Under the pieces are notes generated by a model. The model worked only from the letters and a program-made list of their open reading frames with translations, had not been told where the DNA came from and did not search any database. Of a stretch of 64,000 nucleotides of DNA, positions 40,589-50,777 are shown one piece after another (position 1 is the first letter of the stretch; each line of letters begins with the position of its first letter). A program made the translations under genes and the position numbers. The stretch comes from a virus (Duplodnaviria > Caudoviricetes). The DNA lies in IMG/VR virus record IMGVR_UViG_3300032007_000015. One strand, given 5' to 3'.

Positions 40589-41887
40589 ATGTATAATATT
40601 ATGTATGAAAATATGATGGATATTCAGGATGATGCAATTACTGGATACTTGGGTACACTTAATGATTGTGTACTATGTATGGAATCTTGTATTGAATCTG
40701 ATGATGATGATATGTTATATGAAATTACCGAATCAGTAGCAGATGTTCTTAGTAACATATACAATGCAATTGTACAAATTTTTACAACTATTAGAGATGG
40801 ATTTTTATCATTTTTTAAGAAAAATGAAAAAAAAGAAAAAGAACTCGCAGAACAGATCCAAAAAAATCCTCAAGCTGCTAAACAAAAAATAAAAGTTGTT
40901 GATCAGAAGAAGCTTGAGGATGCCTATAATGAAGGTAAAAAGAAACTTGAGAATGGTGAAGACTATGAAACAGTTCATAAAGAATATAAGAAAAAGAGCA
41001 CAAAACTTATTAAAGGTGTTGCAATTACAGGAGCTGTTATAACAGTCGGTGCTGGATTTTATGCATATGGAAAACATAAAAATACACAAATTAAAAAAGC
41101 TGAAAATGACGTATTTGTTTATAAAAAAATTGCTGCTTCTAGAAGAAAAGCTCTTGACGCTGAGATGCGTAAAAATAGAGAATTAGAAGATAATAATAAA
41201 GCATTATATGATTATGGTAAGATGGCTCAACAAGAAATAACTTCACTTAGAAAAGATTTAAATGTAGCAGAAAATTTATCTAGTAAATTACAAGGTGATG
41301 TTGATAAGTTATCTGAAAAAATTCAGAGTTTAACTAAAACCGGTTTAAATAAAGATAAACAAATTAATTCTTTACAGGTAGAATTAAATAAAAAAGTTGA
41401 TCAACTTCAAAAAGCTAGAAGAACTGAGGGTGAATTTAGAAAGAAGTATTCAATTGCTTCAAAAAAATATAATACTGTAATGAATTCTGCTAAACACGAT
41501 GCCGAATTTGGTACACATGGTGTTGCTAATAGACTTGCTCATGATGCTAACGTTGCTGCTAAAAATGCAAAGAATCATGAAAATCAATTAGCTGCAAATA
41601 AGGCTAAAAAAGATAAAATGAACGCATCATCTGTTATTGGACAATATCAGAAAGATGCTGAGATTCAGCAGAAGATTGCAAGATTAAATAGAGAATTTGC
41701 TATTGATATGCAGTCTGCTAATAGTCTTATGCTTAGTGAAATGGCTAATGCAATGAATAAAGCTAAAAATAATGAACCTGCATTAAATATTAATATGGGT
41801 AACATAAAAGTTGGTGCTATGAATAAAGCATTAGATCAAAAGACACAAACGCCGAATATGCGTGGTAGACTAAAAGAAATTGTATAA
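40589..41887 (+). CDS. Putative internal head protein, paralogue family (432 aa)
   Basis: Acidic leader (CMES, CIES, ITES), IYNAIVQIFTTIRDGF helix, hydrophobic GVAITGAVITVGAG, long coiled coil; late motif 40548-40559. Confidence 0.6.
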   Translation: MYNIMYENMMDIQDDAITGYLGTLNDCVLCMESCIESDDDDMLYEITESVADVLSNIYNAIVQIFTTIRDGFLSFFKKNEKKEKELAEQIQKNPQAAKQKIKVVDQKKLEDAYNEGKKKLENGEDYETVHKEYKKKSTKLIKGVAITGAVITVGAGFYAYGKHKNTQIKKAENDVFVYKKIAASRRKALDAEMRKNRELEDNNKALYDYGKMAQQEITSLRKDLNVAENLSSKLQGDVDKLSEKIQSLTKTGLNKDKQINSLQVELNKKVDQLQKARRTEGEFRKKYSIASKKYNTVMNSAKHDAEFGTHGVANRLAHDANVAAKNAKNHENQLAANKAKKDKMNASSVIGQYQKDAEIQQKIARLNREFAIDMQSANSLMLSEMANAMNKAKNNEPALNINMGNIKVGAMNKALDQKTQTPNMRGRLKEIV

Positions 41888-41923
41888 ATAAATTTATATT
41901 CTTTTTCAACTTTTAATATATAA

Positions 41924-41961
41924 AAATAAGATAGTATGGAAAAATCCATACTATCTTATTT
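41924..41961. terminator. Bidirectional terminator, copy 1
   Basis: 17-bp arms identical to 43158-43196. Confidence 0.8.
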
Positions 41962-43114
41962 ATTCTTTTAATATATCTTGTAATTTTTCTGTATTATATT
42001 TTTTAATTTTTTCTGATGATAATTCGTAATTATCATGTTCGATTAAATATAATCTTGTTTTTTCTTCTAAAGGTAATTCTTTATCAAATAAAAATCCATA
42101 TAAATTCATAAAGTCTTTTACTTTTTGTTTTGATGTTTCCCTTAATTTTTTAATATATCCATTCACAATATTTACTTTTATTGTATCATCATTTCTAAAA
42201 GTATCTTGTAATATTTTTAATATAAAATCTGGATTATCATGATCTTCAGGAATATTTACCATAATTCGTAATTTATCATAAACTAAATTTTTATTATCTT
42301 TTATTTTTTGAAGTTTATCATAAAAAGCATTTTCATCATATAATATTTTATCATTAAATCCAAATCCTATTGTTACATAATTTAATGCCTCTGTATTATT
42401 TACCAGCATTTCACTGTATTTCTTTTTATTATATTTAAAATATATAAATCCTTTTTCTTTTTCTTCACCGAATTTATATCTCGAAAAACTACCACAATAA
42501 AAAATTTTATCATCTATATTACTATAAATATGATAATGTCCAAAATATACTTTTCCTTTACATATTCTACTTAATTCAGATGATTTAAAGATTGGTACTC
42601 TTAATCTTTCAGTTTTTTGGTCGGTATGCCTAACTGCTTCTGTCATAACCTCTTCTATTACACCATGCCCAAATACATAATCGTATCTATTATCTTCATT
42701 AAAGTATTCACTGTAATATTCCGTTTTATCATAAATATGTTCTTCTGGTAAATAAAGTATATTAAATCCAAGTATTTCTTCAGTCATCGCATGTTTAATT
42801 ACTTTATAGTCACAAGAATTTATTAGATTAAAAATTGTATATTGATCCCATTCGTGTGATTTTGTTCCATAAATAACTCTAACATATTTACTATGATTAC
42901 AAATAAAATTCATAGCATATAATGCAAATGATATATATTCACTATTTGCATATAGTTTATGATCAAAAAAATCACCACCAATAACGGTTAAATCAATTGA
43001 TTTATTTTTATTATAAAAATCTTCTATTATTGTAAATTCTTTTTTAGTCTGTTCTAGAGGCATAGCCCCAATATGTAGGTCTGCTATAAATGTAGCATTT
43101 ATATTTTTTTCCAT
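41960..43114 (-). CDS. SbcD/Mre11-like metallophosphoesterase nuclease
   Basis: ADLHIG, GGDFFD, YGTKSHE, FGHG, GHYH, YCGSF motifs. Confidence 0.85.
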   Translation of the reverse strand: MEKNINATFIADLHIGAMPLEQTKKEFTIIEDFYNKNKSIDLTVIGGDFFDHKLYANSEYISFALYAMNFICNHSKYVRVIYGTKSHEWDQYTIFNLINSCDYKVIKHAMTEEILGFNILYLPEEHIYDKTEYYSEYFNEDNRYDYVFGHGVIEEVMTEAVRHTDQKTERLRVPIFKSSELSRICKGKVYFGHYHIYSNIDDKIFYCGSFSRYKFGEEKEKGFIYFKYNKKKYSEMLVNNTEALNYVTIGFGFNDKILYDENAFYDKLQKIKDNKNLVYDKLRIMVNIPEDHDNPDFILKILQDTFRNDDTIKVNIVNGYIKKLRETSKQKVKDFMNLYGFLFDKELPLEEKTRLYLIEHDNYELSSEKIKKYNTEKLQDILKE

Positions 43115-43157
43115 TAAATTTCACCTCAATAAAAATATTAAAAATATGTGAAAAATA

Positions 43158-43196
43158 AAATAAGATAGTATGGATTTTTTCCATACTATCTTATTT
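43158..43196. terminator. Terminator, copy 2
   Basis: AAATAAGATAGTATGGA-ttttt-TCCATACTATCTTATTT. Confidence 0.8.
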
Positions 43197-43200
43197 CTAA

Positions 43201-44283
43201 TTAAATGACATAATCAAATGTAATATTTTTAACTTCATCAATCGTAGTACAATTTTTAATTTCTTTTTCAATTTTTTGTTGTTTAGAAATTAAAGGTCTA
43301 ACGACTGTTTCTATTTCAATAGCTAATTGTTGTAATTCATCTAATGCCCAATCGTATGTACAAGCTTCTCCAGTTGCATTCCACGATGGCTGATATTCAA
43401 TACCTTTTTGAACAGCTAAAGATGTCATCATAATCATCATTGATAAATATTGTTGTTTATCAGATGTTATAGAATATTTCTTTTCAGTTTTTCCATGACA
43501 AGATGATGTTATTGGATTTGCTGCAAGAAACTCTTCTAGAGTAATTTTTGATTGATTAATTTTATATTCTTTGGCTTCCTCTAATGACATTGAATTTATA
43601 TCAGGAACTGTAGTTATTTCATTGATTTTATCTGTTATATCATTAATCTTATTAGTAAATATATTTGTTGTTTTATCAGTTTCTTGATTCATATTATCAA
43701 TATTTTTATATATATCTTTAATTGAATCATCTGTTGAATTTTTTAATTCAGATACGGAAGTATTAATTTTACTGATATTATCATCTAAATTAACTGTATT
43801 TTCGTTAATAGTTTGAATATCTTTATTTATATTACTCATACCTAAAGTTAAATTTTCAGTAACCATATTAAATTGAGCCATCTCACTACTATGATTCTCA
43901 ATGAGGATATTTGTTGAATTCATATCTCTCTTAATATCTTCAATCGTATTAGAAATACTATTGATGAGGGATTCAATATCAACTGGTAATGACATTGTTA
44001 CAATATATACTTCATCACTGGATGATACTGAAGGATCATACGAAATGCTCACTAAATTAGTATATCCACTATACTCATTAACTACTCCAGTATCTTCATT
44101 TCGTATTTTAATTAATGATGTTCGAACTGTATCTGTGAATGCTTTTTTAATACTCATTAATGAATCGGCAACTGTTATTATTATGGCTTTAACACCTTTA
44201 CCTTTTACCTCAACCATTGTTTGTTCTGGTATATCTGTGATACAATTCATTGATGTAGCATCATTGAATATAATTTTATTCAT
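43201..44283 (-). CDS. Coiled-coil tail-associated protein with DUF4376-like C-terminus
   Basis: Likely start MNKIIFND at 44283 (RBS AAAGGTGG; late motif 44320-44331); heptad-rich middle; LEEAKEYKI...EIKNCTTIDEV end. Confidence 0.6.
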   Translation of the reverse strand: MNKIIFNDATSMNCITDIPEQTMVEVKGKGVKAIIITVADSLMSIKKAFTDTVRTSLIKIRNEDTGVVNEYSGYTNLVSISYDPSVSSSDEVYIVTMSLPVDIESLINSISNTIEDIKRDMNSTNILIENHSSEMAQFNMVTENLTLGMSNINKDIQTINENTVNLDDNISKINTSVSELKNSTDDSIKDIYKNIDNMNQETDKTTNIFTNKINDITDKINEITTVPDINSMSLEEAKEYKINQSKITLEEFLAANPITSSCHGKTEKKYSITSDKQQYLSMMIMMTSLAVQKGIEYQPSWNATGEACTYDWALDELQQLAIEIETVVRPLISKQQKIEKEIKNCTTIDEVKNITFDYVI

Positions 44284-44491
44284 ATATATTATCCACCTTT
44301 CTTTTATATTTTTAATTATTAGAAAAATGTTTTTTAAGCATATTTTTAGAACTGAGATATGTTTATATATTATATATATGGAGTTCATATGTAAGTTATA
44401 ATTTTGAATATATAATATAACAAATTTATAATTCGCGAATATTATAACAAAAGGACCTAGAAAACAAAACACAGAAAGGAGATAGAAAAAT

Positions 44492-45370
44492 ATGAAAGAC
44501 CAAAAGTCGATCGAAATATCTATCAATGAGAAAGTGGTTGATCACGAAAAGGTAAGAAAGGAGAGATTAAAGAATTTAAGTATATTTATAATTCTTTTCG
44601 TGACTATGGTTTGGTGTCATAATATTTCATTTGGAAAAACAACAAATGAGGCACAAACTAAAGAAACTAAAGAGACAACTAGTTTATCGTTAGATAAACC
44701 AGAAGTTAGTAGTGAATTAGTTAAGGCTATTATCACTCCTGTCGAGAAACAACAATTAAGAGCTGAATTATTTGATACAACGAATAATTCAGAAGAAACA
44801 ACGGAAGGAGAAGAAAAAGAAACTTCAACTGTAGAGGAAATAATGATCGAAGAATCTACATCAGAAGAAACAACAATTGAAACAACAGAATTAACAACTG
44901 AGGAAACAACCACTGAAGAAAATACAACCGAAGTTGAGACAACTGTTGAAGAAACTATTAATAATACAGATTACAGATACATAATCCAATCTGAAGAAGA
45001 ATGGAGAGTGTTTACAAAATGTGTAGAAGCAGAAGTAACAGGTGATGATCCTGAAGGAGTCAATTATGATACTGCTGTTAAGTGTAAATTACACGTTGCA
45101 CAAGTAATTTTAAATAGGGTTGAACATAAAGACTTCCCTAACAATATAGTTGATGTTGTATATCAACCGCACCAGTTTAGTCCAGTATCAGATGGACGAA
45201 TTTCGAAAGTCGAGGTTAGCCAATCAACAATTGACGCTTGTAATCTCGCATTAATGTCAAGTACAGAAGATACCGTGTATGGTTCATTATATTTTAGATT
45301 TGGTGGTGACTGGTCATATTTAAATAAAATATTTACTGATGAAGTTGGACACCAATTTTATACACGATAA
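44492..45370 (+). CDS. SleB/CwlJ-like cell wall hydrolase (Hydrolase_2) with TM anchor and Glu/Thr-rich linker
   Basis: VEAEV...VAQVILNRV...FPNNIVDVVYQPHQFSPV...SLYF...GHQFY; early motif 44366-44380. Confidence 0.88.
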   Translation: MKDQKSIEISINEKVVDHEKVRKERLKNLSIFIILFVTMVWCHNISFGKTTNEAQTKETKETTSLSLDKPEVSSELVKAIITPVEKQQLRAELFDTTNNSEETTEGEEKETSTVEEIMIEESTSEETTIETTELTTEETTTEENTTEVETTVEETINNTDYRYIIQSEEEWRVFTKCVEAEVTGDDPEGVNYDTAVKCKLHVAQVILNRVEHKDFPNNIVDVVYQPHQFSPVSDGRISKVEVSQSTIDACNLALMSSTEDTVYGSLYFRFGGDWSYLNKIFTDEVGHQFYTR

Positions 45371-45407
45371 ATTCTTTTAAATATAAATTCTATATAGATA
45401 AAATAAT

Positions 45408-45447
45408 TATTGTATATCCATAAAAAAATATTTATGGATATACAATA
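45408..45447. terminator. Inverted repeat before tRNA
   Basis: 17-bp arms. Confidence 0.65.
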
Positions 45448-45466
45448 TTTTAGTAAAAAAAAATAA

Positions 45467-45539
45467 TGGGCTATCGCCAAGCGGTAAGGCACAGGACTTT
45501 GACTCCTGCATTACGTTGGTTCGAATCCAACTAGCCCAG
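45467..45539 (+). tRNA. tRNA-Gln(UUG), no encoded CCA
   Basis: TGGGCTA/TAGCCCA acceptor stem, GCCAAGCGGTAAGGC D-arm, CAGGA-CTTTGAC-TCCTG anticodon arm, GTTCGAATCC T-loop. Confidence 0.96.
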
Positions 45540-45647
45540 TTAAGAGATATTAAAAATATCTATATAATATATTAATGTATATAAGTATATACAAATGATA
45601 AATGTATATAATTTATATAAAAAATAAAATTAAAGGAGGAATTTGAA

Positions 45648-46367
45648 ATGAGTGATTTATTCGATTTCAAAGCAAAGGTTAGCATCGACCGTAATGATGC
45701 AAAGTTAACAATTACAACAAAGGATTGTGAAAAATTCATCCAGGACAATTTTAACAGAATTACGAAAGATATTCGTAATAGAGGTTTAAAAGATGAGCCT
45801 GAAGTAAAAATCCATTTGAGTTCATTAAAGTTTAATAAGAATTCAGGATTTATTCCATTTATCATTATTATGAGTAAAGATGTAATGGAAAAAGAAAAAT
45901 CAATGAATGATATCTCTTCTATCTTTAGAGAAGATGAAGAAGATAAAACTTGTTCATTAAAGAGTCCATATTGGGCATTATTATGTAAGTATGCTTTTGA
46001 TAAAAATGACTTAGGTTATTTTAGAAGCACAAGTTGGAGAAGAGATTACAGAATGACATCTCAGTCTGTAAATGAGCTTACAAAATTATGCAAGCCTATG
46101 AGAAGAGAAAATAAAGATGATGATTTAGTAATTATGATTATTGATCCAATTCGTGTAATGCATGATATGTTGATTGATACATCTAATCCAAATCAGAAAT
46201 TTGTTGTAGAGATTAAGAAGGATAAAACAAAATGGATTTCCGATGCAGAAGGTAATGTAGAATATGCGGTAAATCGTATTGTACAGAAAAAGAAAGACCA
46301 GTATTGTGGTGAAAATGTATATAGTCAGATACAGCGTCAGATTATTCGTAATGGTTCTATCCATTAA
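45648..46367 (+). CDS. Hypothetical protein (239 aa)
   Basis: RBS AAAGGAGG; early motif 45563-45577; terminator 46392-46419. Confidence 0.8.
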   Translation: MSDLFDFKAKVSIDRNDAKLTITTKDCEKFIQDNFNRITKDIRNRGLKDEPEVKIHLSSLKFNKNSGFIPFIIIMSKDVMEKEKSMNDISSIFREDEEDKTCSLKSPYWALLCKYAFDKNDLGYFRSTSWRRDYRMTSQSVNELTKLCKPMRRENKDDDLVIMIIDPIRVMHDMLIDTSNPNQKFVVEIKKDKTKWISDAEGNVEYAVNRIVQKKKDQYCGENVYSQIQRQIIRNGSIH

Positions 46368-46391
46368 TACTAGAATGAACAAATAAATATG

Positions 46392-46424
46392 AACTCGTGA
46401 GAATAATTTCTCACGAGTTTTTTT
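46392..46424 (+). terminator. Intrinsic terminator
   Basis: 12-bp arms followed by T-run. Confidence 0.8.
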
Positions 46425-46464
46425 ATTCGTAAAACTGTGTATTAAAATAAAAATATAAAAGAGG

Positions 46465-47568
46465 ATGGTAATTATTATGATGGAATTAGTTAATCCATTT
46501 GGAGTTTATTTTAATATGATAAAAATGAAATATGTTGATTATGATAGCCTCATATCAACATTAAATTTTTTATCACCATCTGATAAAGTTTCTTGTTTTA
46601 TAAATTTAGAAACTGTTTGGAAATATCTTACAACGACTAAAGATTTAGAAAAAAAATTAATATCGTATCCAAATTTCAAAACGACAATGGTTGCAGATAT
46701 TATAAATATTGCAGCTCATTATAGAGAATTTTTTAGAAATAATGGTTTAGATACAAAGATATATTTGTATGCAACAAGTTTTAATTCAACAATTGGTAGT
46801 TATAATGAAAGTAAATATAATGAAGACTATAGATCTTATTATTATACTAAATATAATACTAATCCTAATATAGTTCTTTTAACAGAATCATTACAAGAAG
46901 AAATATTAAAGAATGTAAAAACAATATTAGATTTTGTTCCAGGTGTATATATGATAAATTCTGAGAATATAGATTCAAATTTGGTACCGTATATTGTATC
47001 TAATATAGAGCCTGAAAGAAAAAATTTAATTATAAGCGGTGATATTTTAGATACACAGTATTATTATGTAAAGAATTTTTTAGCAACGTATATTAATAGA
47101 GGTATAAATACTGGATTAACCGTTTCATACAATCCAGAATCATATATTGCAATACTTAATAAAACTCGTGTATTAACACCACAACCAGAAATAAATAATA
47201 ATAGTTCTTTTTATTCGTTAATTCTTTCTTGTATAGGAGAAAAATATAGAAGCATACTATCTATTAGAGGTATTGGCGTTAAAACTATAATATCTATGAT
47301 AAAAGATGGAATTAATAATAATACTATAACAGCAAATACAAAATCAATAGAAATTCTTAAAAATATTTTTAAAGAAGACATACAAGAAGATATAATTAAT
47401 AATTTTAAGTCAATTGATTTATTTAGTAGAATAGATGAATTAAATGATTCTCAAATTTTAAGTATAAAAAATCAATTAATTGATAGAGTTGATATAAATT
47501 CATTGATGAAGATAAATAAAGAATTATTTAGTGAATCACCTTTACGAATTGAGAGTTTATTAAATTAG
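46465..47568 (+). CDS. 5'-3' exonuclease / T4 RNase H-like (FEN/PIN fold) protein, possibly degenerate
   Basis: YNEDYRSYY, IISGDILD and helix-hairpin SIRGIGVKT. Confidence 0.6.
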   Translation: MVIIMMELVNPFGVYFNMIKMKYVDYDSLISTLNFLSPSDKVSCFINLETVWKYLTTTKDLEKKLISYPNFKTTMVADIINIAAHYREFFRNNGLDTKIYLYATSFNSTIGSYNESKYNEDYRSYYYTKYNTNPNIVLLTESLQEEILKNVKTILDFVPGVYMINSENIDSNLVPYIVSNIEPERKNLIISGDILDTQYYYVKNFLATYINRGINTGLTVSYNPESYIAILNKTRVLTPQPEINNNSSFYSLILSCIGEKYRSILSIRGIGVKTIISMIKDGINNNTITANTKSIEILKNIFKEDIQEDIINNFKSIDLFSRIDELNDSQILSIKNQLIDRVDINSLMKINKELFSESPLRIESLLN

Positions 47569-47598
47569 AAAAGAAGACAACCTAGGTTGTCTTCTTTT
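47569..47598. terminator. Perfect 30-bp palindrome / terminator
   Basis: AAAAGAAGACAACCT|AGGTTGTCTTCTTTT plus T-run. Confidence 0.8.
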
Positions 47599-47650
47599 TT
47601 TTTATTTTTACATTAAATTAATAAACTAAAACGAAAGGTGTGAAGAAATA

Positions 47651-49447
47651 ATGAATTTATATGCATTAAATTTAGAAGATGAGATTACATATGAACAAAT
47701 GAATGGTATCATATATAATCTAAATGCATCTATAGATATTTTTTATGAATCTGAACAAAATGAAGAAAAACAAAGTTCTGGCATATTTACAACTATTATC
47801 AAAGCTATACAAAACTTGATAGAGAAAATTAAGACACTTTTTACAGGTGGATCAAGAAGGAAAAAAGAAGAAGAGCATAAAAACCTTGTAAATAGTAATC
47901 CAGATGCAGAAGTTCCTGTTCAGTCTGCTAGAGTTGAAGAATTACGAAAAGCACGTGAACAAGCTATTAGTGATGTAGAAGCTGGAAAAGAACCTGAAAG
48001 TGTTATTGAAAAATATAAAGGTACATTAAAAGCTTTAGGTATTGGAGCTGCTATTGTTGCTGGTACCGCTGTTGTGGCTACAGGCGTAAGTAAAAAAGTT
48101 GCAAAAAATAAAGCATCTAAAGAGTACGAGAATTATCTTAAACTTGGTGAAGAAGAAGTTGCAACAAGTAAATATCTCCAAAATTTAGAGAAAGTTCTTA
48201 ATGAAAAGAATTCTAGATATTTGAAGTTTAATACTCAGAAAGATGCAAAAACTTTGTATAAAGCTGCAACCGGAAAGCATTTTTTAAATAAAGAAGATAA
48301 AGAATACATTAATCAGGTTAAAGCTATTATGGAAATAAGTAACATTAATGCTCAAAGTTGTAACTGGTGCCGTAGTAAAATTGAAACTGATATAGTTTCA
48401 GTTATTCAACGTAATGGTAGTGTTAATGATTTAAAGGCATTAGGTGGTGTTATGAGTCAGAATGCTGCTGATATTCAAAATGCAAATAGAAGTGATAGTT
48501 TAAAACTGAGAAGAGCAAATGTGACTAAAAGTGGTAAATCATATAGAGATGAAGAGTTTAAGAAAACTGCAAAAATGAAAAATGAGCAACATGAAGCTGA
48601 ACTTGATATGAAAGCAAATAGCAAAGCTATTAGAGAGAAGAGTAAATTATTTGGTAATGATATAGTTAAGTCATCAGAAGAAACCGGAAGTAATAAAAAA
48701 GATGGAAAAATTAGAAAATTTTTTGGTGATAAAAAAGAAGTTAAAAAAAGAGCTAATGATAAACTTGCTAACGAATCAGTTTTTGATTTTGATGATTATC
48801 TTGTTGAAGACTCTGAAACTCAAGAACTTGTTATACTCGGTGCGTTAACCCTTGCCGTGTTTGCTCCTCTTGTTGTAGGAGGCGTAATTGGTTTAAAGAA
48901 GAAACGTGAATTAAAGAACGTATTTAAACTATATGAAAAAATTTATCCAAATTGTATCCCTTTCAATGAATTAACAAAGCAAACATACGGTCAAGATGAA
49001 GTAAATATGATTGGTTGTATGATTAAACCTATTAAATCAGATGATAAAAAGAATAATAAATATATTGTGTATAAATATAAAAATAAACCCGTGATGTATA
49101 TAGCATTAACATATAGAAATAATGGAACTATAAGATATAATGCAGGAACATCTAATGACTTTTATGGAGATTATATTAGTACTAGTAGAAATTCTAGTAC
49201 AAGTAGAGAAGTTATAGATTATAAACCTGAATTTACATTCGTTATAGTCGATTCAAGTTTTAAGAAATACTATAATTATTATATGGCTGAAATGGCATTA
49301 AGTACGGGCATTGCACATGAATCTATAAATAGATTTTTAGCTGAAATGAAACCTATATACAAAAAGAATAAAGCATTATTAAAAGAATCAGTTGAATATA
49401 CTAGAGCATTAAAGATTTCATCTTATATTGATGAACTGAAAAAATAA
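47651..49447 (+). CDS. Two-module putative head protein, paralogue family (598 aa)
   Basis: FYES leader, IIKAIQNLIEKIKTLF helix, acidic linker LANESVFDFDDYLVED, second module shared with 56632. Confidence 0.6.
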   Translation: MNLYALNLEDEITYEQMNGIIYNLNASIDIFYESEQNEEKQSSGIFTTIIKAIQNLIEKIKTLFTGGSRRKKEEEHKNLVNSNPDAEVPVQSARVEELRKAREQAISDVEAGKEPESVIEKYKGTLKALGIGAAIVAGTAVVATGVSKKVAKNKASKEYENYLKLGEEEVATSKYLQNLEKVLNEKNSRYLKFNTQKDAKTLYKAATGKHFLNKEDKEYINQVKAIMEISNINAQSCNWCRSKIETDIVSVIQRNGSVNDLKALGGVMSQNAADIQNANRSDSLKLRRANVTKSGKSYRDEEFKKTAKMKNEQHEAELDMKANSKAIREKSKLFGNDIVKSSEETGSNKKDGKIRKFFGDKKEVKKRANDKLANESVFDFDDYLVEDSETQELVILGALTLAVFAPLVVGGVIGLKKKRELKNVFKLYEKIYPNCIPFNELTKQTYGQDEVNMIGCMIKPIKSDDKKNNKYIVYKYKNKPVMYIALTYRNNGTIRYNAGTSNDFYGDYISTSRNSSTSREVIDYKPEFTFVIVDSSFKKYYNYYMAEMALSTGIAHESINRFLAEMKPIYKKNKALLKESVEYTRALKISSYIDELKK

Positions 49448-49454
49448 TAATTAC

Positions 49455-49484
49455 AAAGAGAGTACATAAAAATGTACTCTCTTT
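49455..49484. terminator. Inverted repeat / terminator
   Basis: 13-bp arms. Confidence 0.7.
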
Positions 49485-49531
49485 TATAACCATTGAAACT
49501 AATAATTAATATTTTAAACGAGGTGAAATTT

Positions 49532-50776
49532 ATGCCATTATTAGATGAAAATGACAAAATTGTAAGATATAAATATACGATAACAGAATTTTATATTTTA
49601 TATGAAAATGAAAAAGAAAAATATGTGTTACCCAATACACGTATTTCAAATATTAATATTTTAAACAGATACTTATCTAATGCTTTTCCAATATTTAATA
49701 TAAATTTAGTATTAGAATCTTCTATATATTATAAGATATTGAAGAATAAAAATACAGTTAAATTTAAATTAAGAATGCAAAAATATGAAATAAATGAAAT
49801 GGGAGAACGTTCATCATATTATAGTGATTTTATCAATGATACATTTTCTTTAATACTGGATGATGATGATAATGATTTAGAAGAAAAACTCAGAAATCAG
49901 ATATATTCTGATGGAGATGAAAATGAGTTAAATGCTACAATAAATAATATAGAATTATACTTTTTTAAATCATCACTCATAAAACGTACTAAAGAAAAAA
50001 TGAATTGTGTATTAAGAGATGCAACTGTAACAAATGCAATTGCATATATGTGTACAAGATCTTCTATAAATAATGTATTAATGTCACCAATAGAAAATAA
50101 AACTATGTATAAACAACTTATAATTCCTCCTCTTACATTAACACAATCATTAAAATATTTAGATGCATATTATGGTTTATATAAAAGAGGAAGTCTTATA
50201 TATTTTGATTTAAATTATACGTATATATTAAATTTTAAATCAGAATGTACAGCATACCAAAAGAATGAAAAAAAGAATACGTATATAATTATACCAGAGT
50301 ATGGTGGTATTATGACAAAACAAGTAGGAAGTGTTAAAAAATATAATAATAATACTGATAATTATATAGTGATAAATTCTGAAACGATGAAAATATTAAA
50401 TGAATCAATTAGTAATGATATAATCGTTGGTAATGATGTTACATTTATATCTTATAATAATGATGATGTAAAATTTACAAAGAGTGACAATGATGCTGTT
50501 CAAAATTCAATAATAGAAAATCTTGGTTTAAATGAATATTATTTATCTGAATATGATGCACAATTAAAAAGTAAAGAAGTTAAAATAGTATTAAATATGG
50601 TTGACATAGATTTATCTGCTATAGAACCAAATAAAAAATTTATTATAGAATTTGAAGATACAAAACTAAGTAGAAAATATAAAGGAACATATATTTTATG
50701 TAGTAAAGATATATATTTTAAAAAAAATGGTGATGAATTTTCACCATATGTTTCTTGTACATTTGTAAAAGGATAG
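49532..50776 (+). CDS. Baseplate hub-like protein
   Basis: Start MPLLDE after GAGGTG; C-terminal DIDLSAIEPNKKFIIEF..YKGTYILCSKDIYF resembles the end of gp27/gpD-type hubs. Confidence 0.5.
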   Translation: MPLLDENDKIVRYKYTITEFYILYENEKEKYVLPNTRISNINILNRYLSNAFPIFNINLVLESSIYYKILKNKNTVKFKLRMQKYEINEMGERSSYYSDFINDTFSLILDDDDNDLEEKLRNQIYSDGDENELNATINNIELYFFKSSLIKRTKEKMNCVLRDATVTNAIAYMCTRSSINNVLMSPIENKTMYKQLIIPPLTLTQSLKYLDAYYGLYKRGSLIYFDLNYTYILNFKSECTAYQKNEKKNTYIIIPEYGGIMTKQVGSVKKYNNNTDNYIVINSETMKILNESISNDIIVGNDVTFISYNNDDVKFTKSDNDAVQNSIIENLGLNEYYLSEYDAQLKSKEVKIVLNMVDIDLSAIEPNKKFIIEFEDTKLSRKYKGTYILCSKDIYFKKNGDEFSPYVSCTFVKG

Positions 50777-50777
50777 T

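Noticed and set aside
44284-44526. 81-aa hydrophobic N-terminal extension of ORF 43201-44526
   Set aside because: Covers the divergent promoter region and overlaps the hydrolase start; RBS and late motif place the start at 44283
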